DNA from: Raillietiella orientalis
Lineage: Eukaryota
Direction of reading: 5' to 3'
Assembly: GCA_036172245.1 (NCBI GenBank)
Contig: JAYWIR010000061.1
Span: 248,001-312,000, forward strand
Length of the DNA: 64,000 bases
Part shown: positions 62,290 through 64,000 of the stretch, piece after piece
How positions within the stretch are numbered: the stretch's first letter is position 1
Layout of the letters: every line of letters begins with the position of its first letter
Notes under the pieces: generated by a model
Told to the model about the DNA's origin: nothing
What the model saw: the letters and a program-made list of their open reading frames with translations, nothing else
Databases searched by the model: none
Position numbers and translations under genes: made by a program

Positions 62290-64000
62290 TACCCCAAAGT
62301 TGTAATCACAAAATTCAAATGATGTCCCGTTGGCTCGTGAAGAAGCCAGTGTCTCGTGACTTCTCTGATCTCGAATAACGAGTTTACAACTAATTTAAAC
62401 GAAGTTTACCTTTATAAAATATTAGGAATAAGACAAATCAATTTCATCAGAAAAAATATAATTATGATTATCCAAGTGAATTGAATACAAGCAAAACGCA
62501 GAAGAATCATCAAAACATTCCCATCATCTAAAGCTTTATTTATTGGTCCCCTCGTTTTGGAAATATCATCTTTACAATGAAAACTAACGTAAAGTAGTAA
62601 GAGCAAAATATGATCATGCAAAAGTACACTATTGCATATTTATAAATTTAAAAGCACATAACAGAATGACTTCCATACAAATCAGAGAAAGTTTTCAAAT
62701 AATTTACAGTCTTTCCCAATTATGAATTTCATTATCAGCAACTCTTAGTCATCTACTGTTTATATCCCAATCTCTTCATTTCTTTAATAATTTGCTCGGA
62801 TGCTATTCAACTAGAAATATTGCCTGTTTTTTTTTTTTTAATAGCACCGTATAATATAATTCCGATAATGAAAACATACCTTCAAGATTTTACGTTTTAT
62901 GTCCTTCTTTAAGAAGAAGAATATAAAACTCTTATAATGCTATTTTACTACCAGATAGCTACCAAGTAACTATATTTTTAAGAATTCTCTGAACAAGATA
63001 CTGAAAAAGATACTTCAGTGTATATGAAACTGTGATTTTTATTCTTTGTCATCGTCGTTCAATAAGTCTTTGTGGAACAACTCCAAGTCACATGATTTCA
63101 TTATACACTTCAAAATTATATCATGTACTTCAAAATTTTTCACTTCATGCAAAAGTGTAAACATCAGAGAAGTAAATAAATTCATTAAGTCCTATATAGT
63201 CTCAAATACACAAAGCTCCATCAAAATGACAGAGATGTTTTTACATGAAAGTCAAAGAATGAGCCAGGAATACTTCACACTTCTAAAAAAGACATTTGAG
63301 CAAGCAATGATAGATGCATCTTTAGCGAATGGTACTCTGCTTAGAAAAAAAAACACAAAGAGGAGATAAAGTAAAAAGCAGTCAAGACTGTGGATGCTTC
63401 GAAAGGTAGAAACGAAATCTAAAACAGAAATAAGAAGTCCAATCATAGAAAATAATCCTCTGAGAAATTCTAAATAAAAAAAACACTCCTAGGAACTCAA
63501 GTTATTTTCTTTGTGAATCAAAACTTTCATTTTACTAATAACAATCATTTGATTAATGACGAGAAACAAACGTGACTGAATTCGGTATTGCTAATCGAAC
63601 AAGCTAAAATAAAACAGCAGATGAGTGGGGTTTGCATCGTAAATTGGATTTTGAGCAATCGAAATGACAGTTTCAAAGTTTCAATCTTCTCAAGAGATTT
63701 GCAGCTATTCTAGGAAAATGATGAAGATGGACGCTTAACGATGACTGGATGAAGTCATTTTGGGAATCGTGCTTGAAGCTTCTGATAAGGCTTGCCAAAG
63801 TATTATAAAACGATGAGCTTGATCACAATGGCAAATTTGGAGCACATCGAGGATACACAAGATTATCAGAATATTTTGATCGACGTGGACATATCCACAA
63901 TGAAATTAAGGAATCGTTCTATAATGATAAGTTAATACGATGGGTATCCATTTGGAGACAGGACAGCGACATAAACAGGACTGTATGGGACTTGTTAGGA
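62290..64000 (+). pseudogene. Endogenous viral element: degenerate L segment of a Bunyavirales (phenuivirus-like) virus, running off the window end
   Basis: Collinear motifs: KFK*CPVGS* (cf. FxxxPxGxW, 62311-62340), IIKTFPSSKALFIG (cf. LxKPTxSxSHIF, 62506), RKFSN (cf. SKLxN), DTEKDTSVYM (cf. DKxxTEE..RYxxME), NKFIKSYIVSN (cf. YLGYxxNK), IKQQMSGV (motif F KxQxGGxRE, 63609-63632), QEICSY, and DHNGKFGAH (motif A DxxKWxQxH, 63821-63847), about 70 codons after motif F. Confidence 0.62.

Overview
Eukaryotic (animal, probably arthropod; inference) genomic DNA, not prokaryotic. The left end holds one clear internal exon of a PDE3-family cyclic-nucleotide phosphodiesterase gene (minus strand, 619-930) and a candidate short alternative first coding exon (1470-1502). 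About 3.8-58.8 kb is a GC- and CpG-rich graveyard of decayed transposons: at least ten L1/Tx1-type non-LTR relics (several head-to-tail), other non-LTR relics, and DNA-transposon relics resembling Merlin, ISL2EU, P/THAP9, hAT and Harbinger. Their decay looks biased AT->GC. At about 58.8-59 kb the sequence turns AT-rich. That tail reads as two adjacent, co-oriented, pseudogenised endogenous viral elements from negative-strand RNA virus polymerase (L) genes, one Mononegavirales-like (about 59.1-62.1 kb) and one Bunyavirales/phenuivirus-like (about 62.3 kb to the window end). Several perfect palindromes sit in otherwise eroded DNA. All family calls come from motif recognition by eye in frameshifted sequence. 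No searches were run and relic boundaries are approximate. Nearly all long ORFs in the supplied track are GC-rich shadow ORFs.
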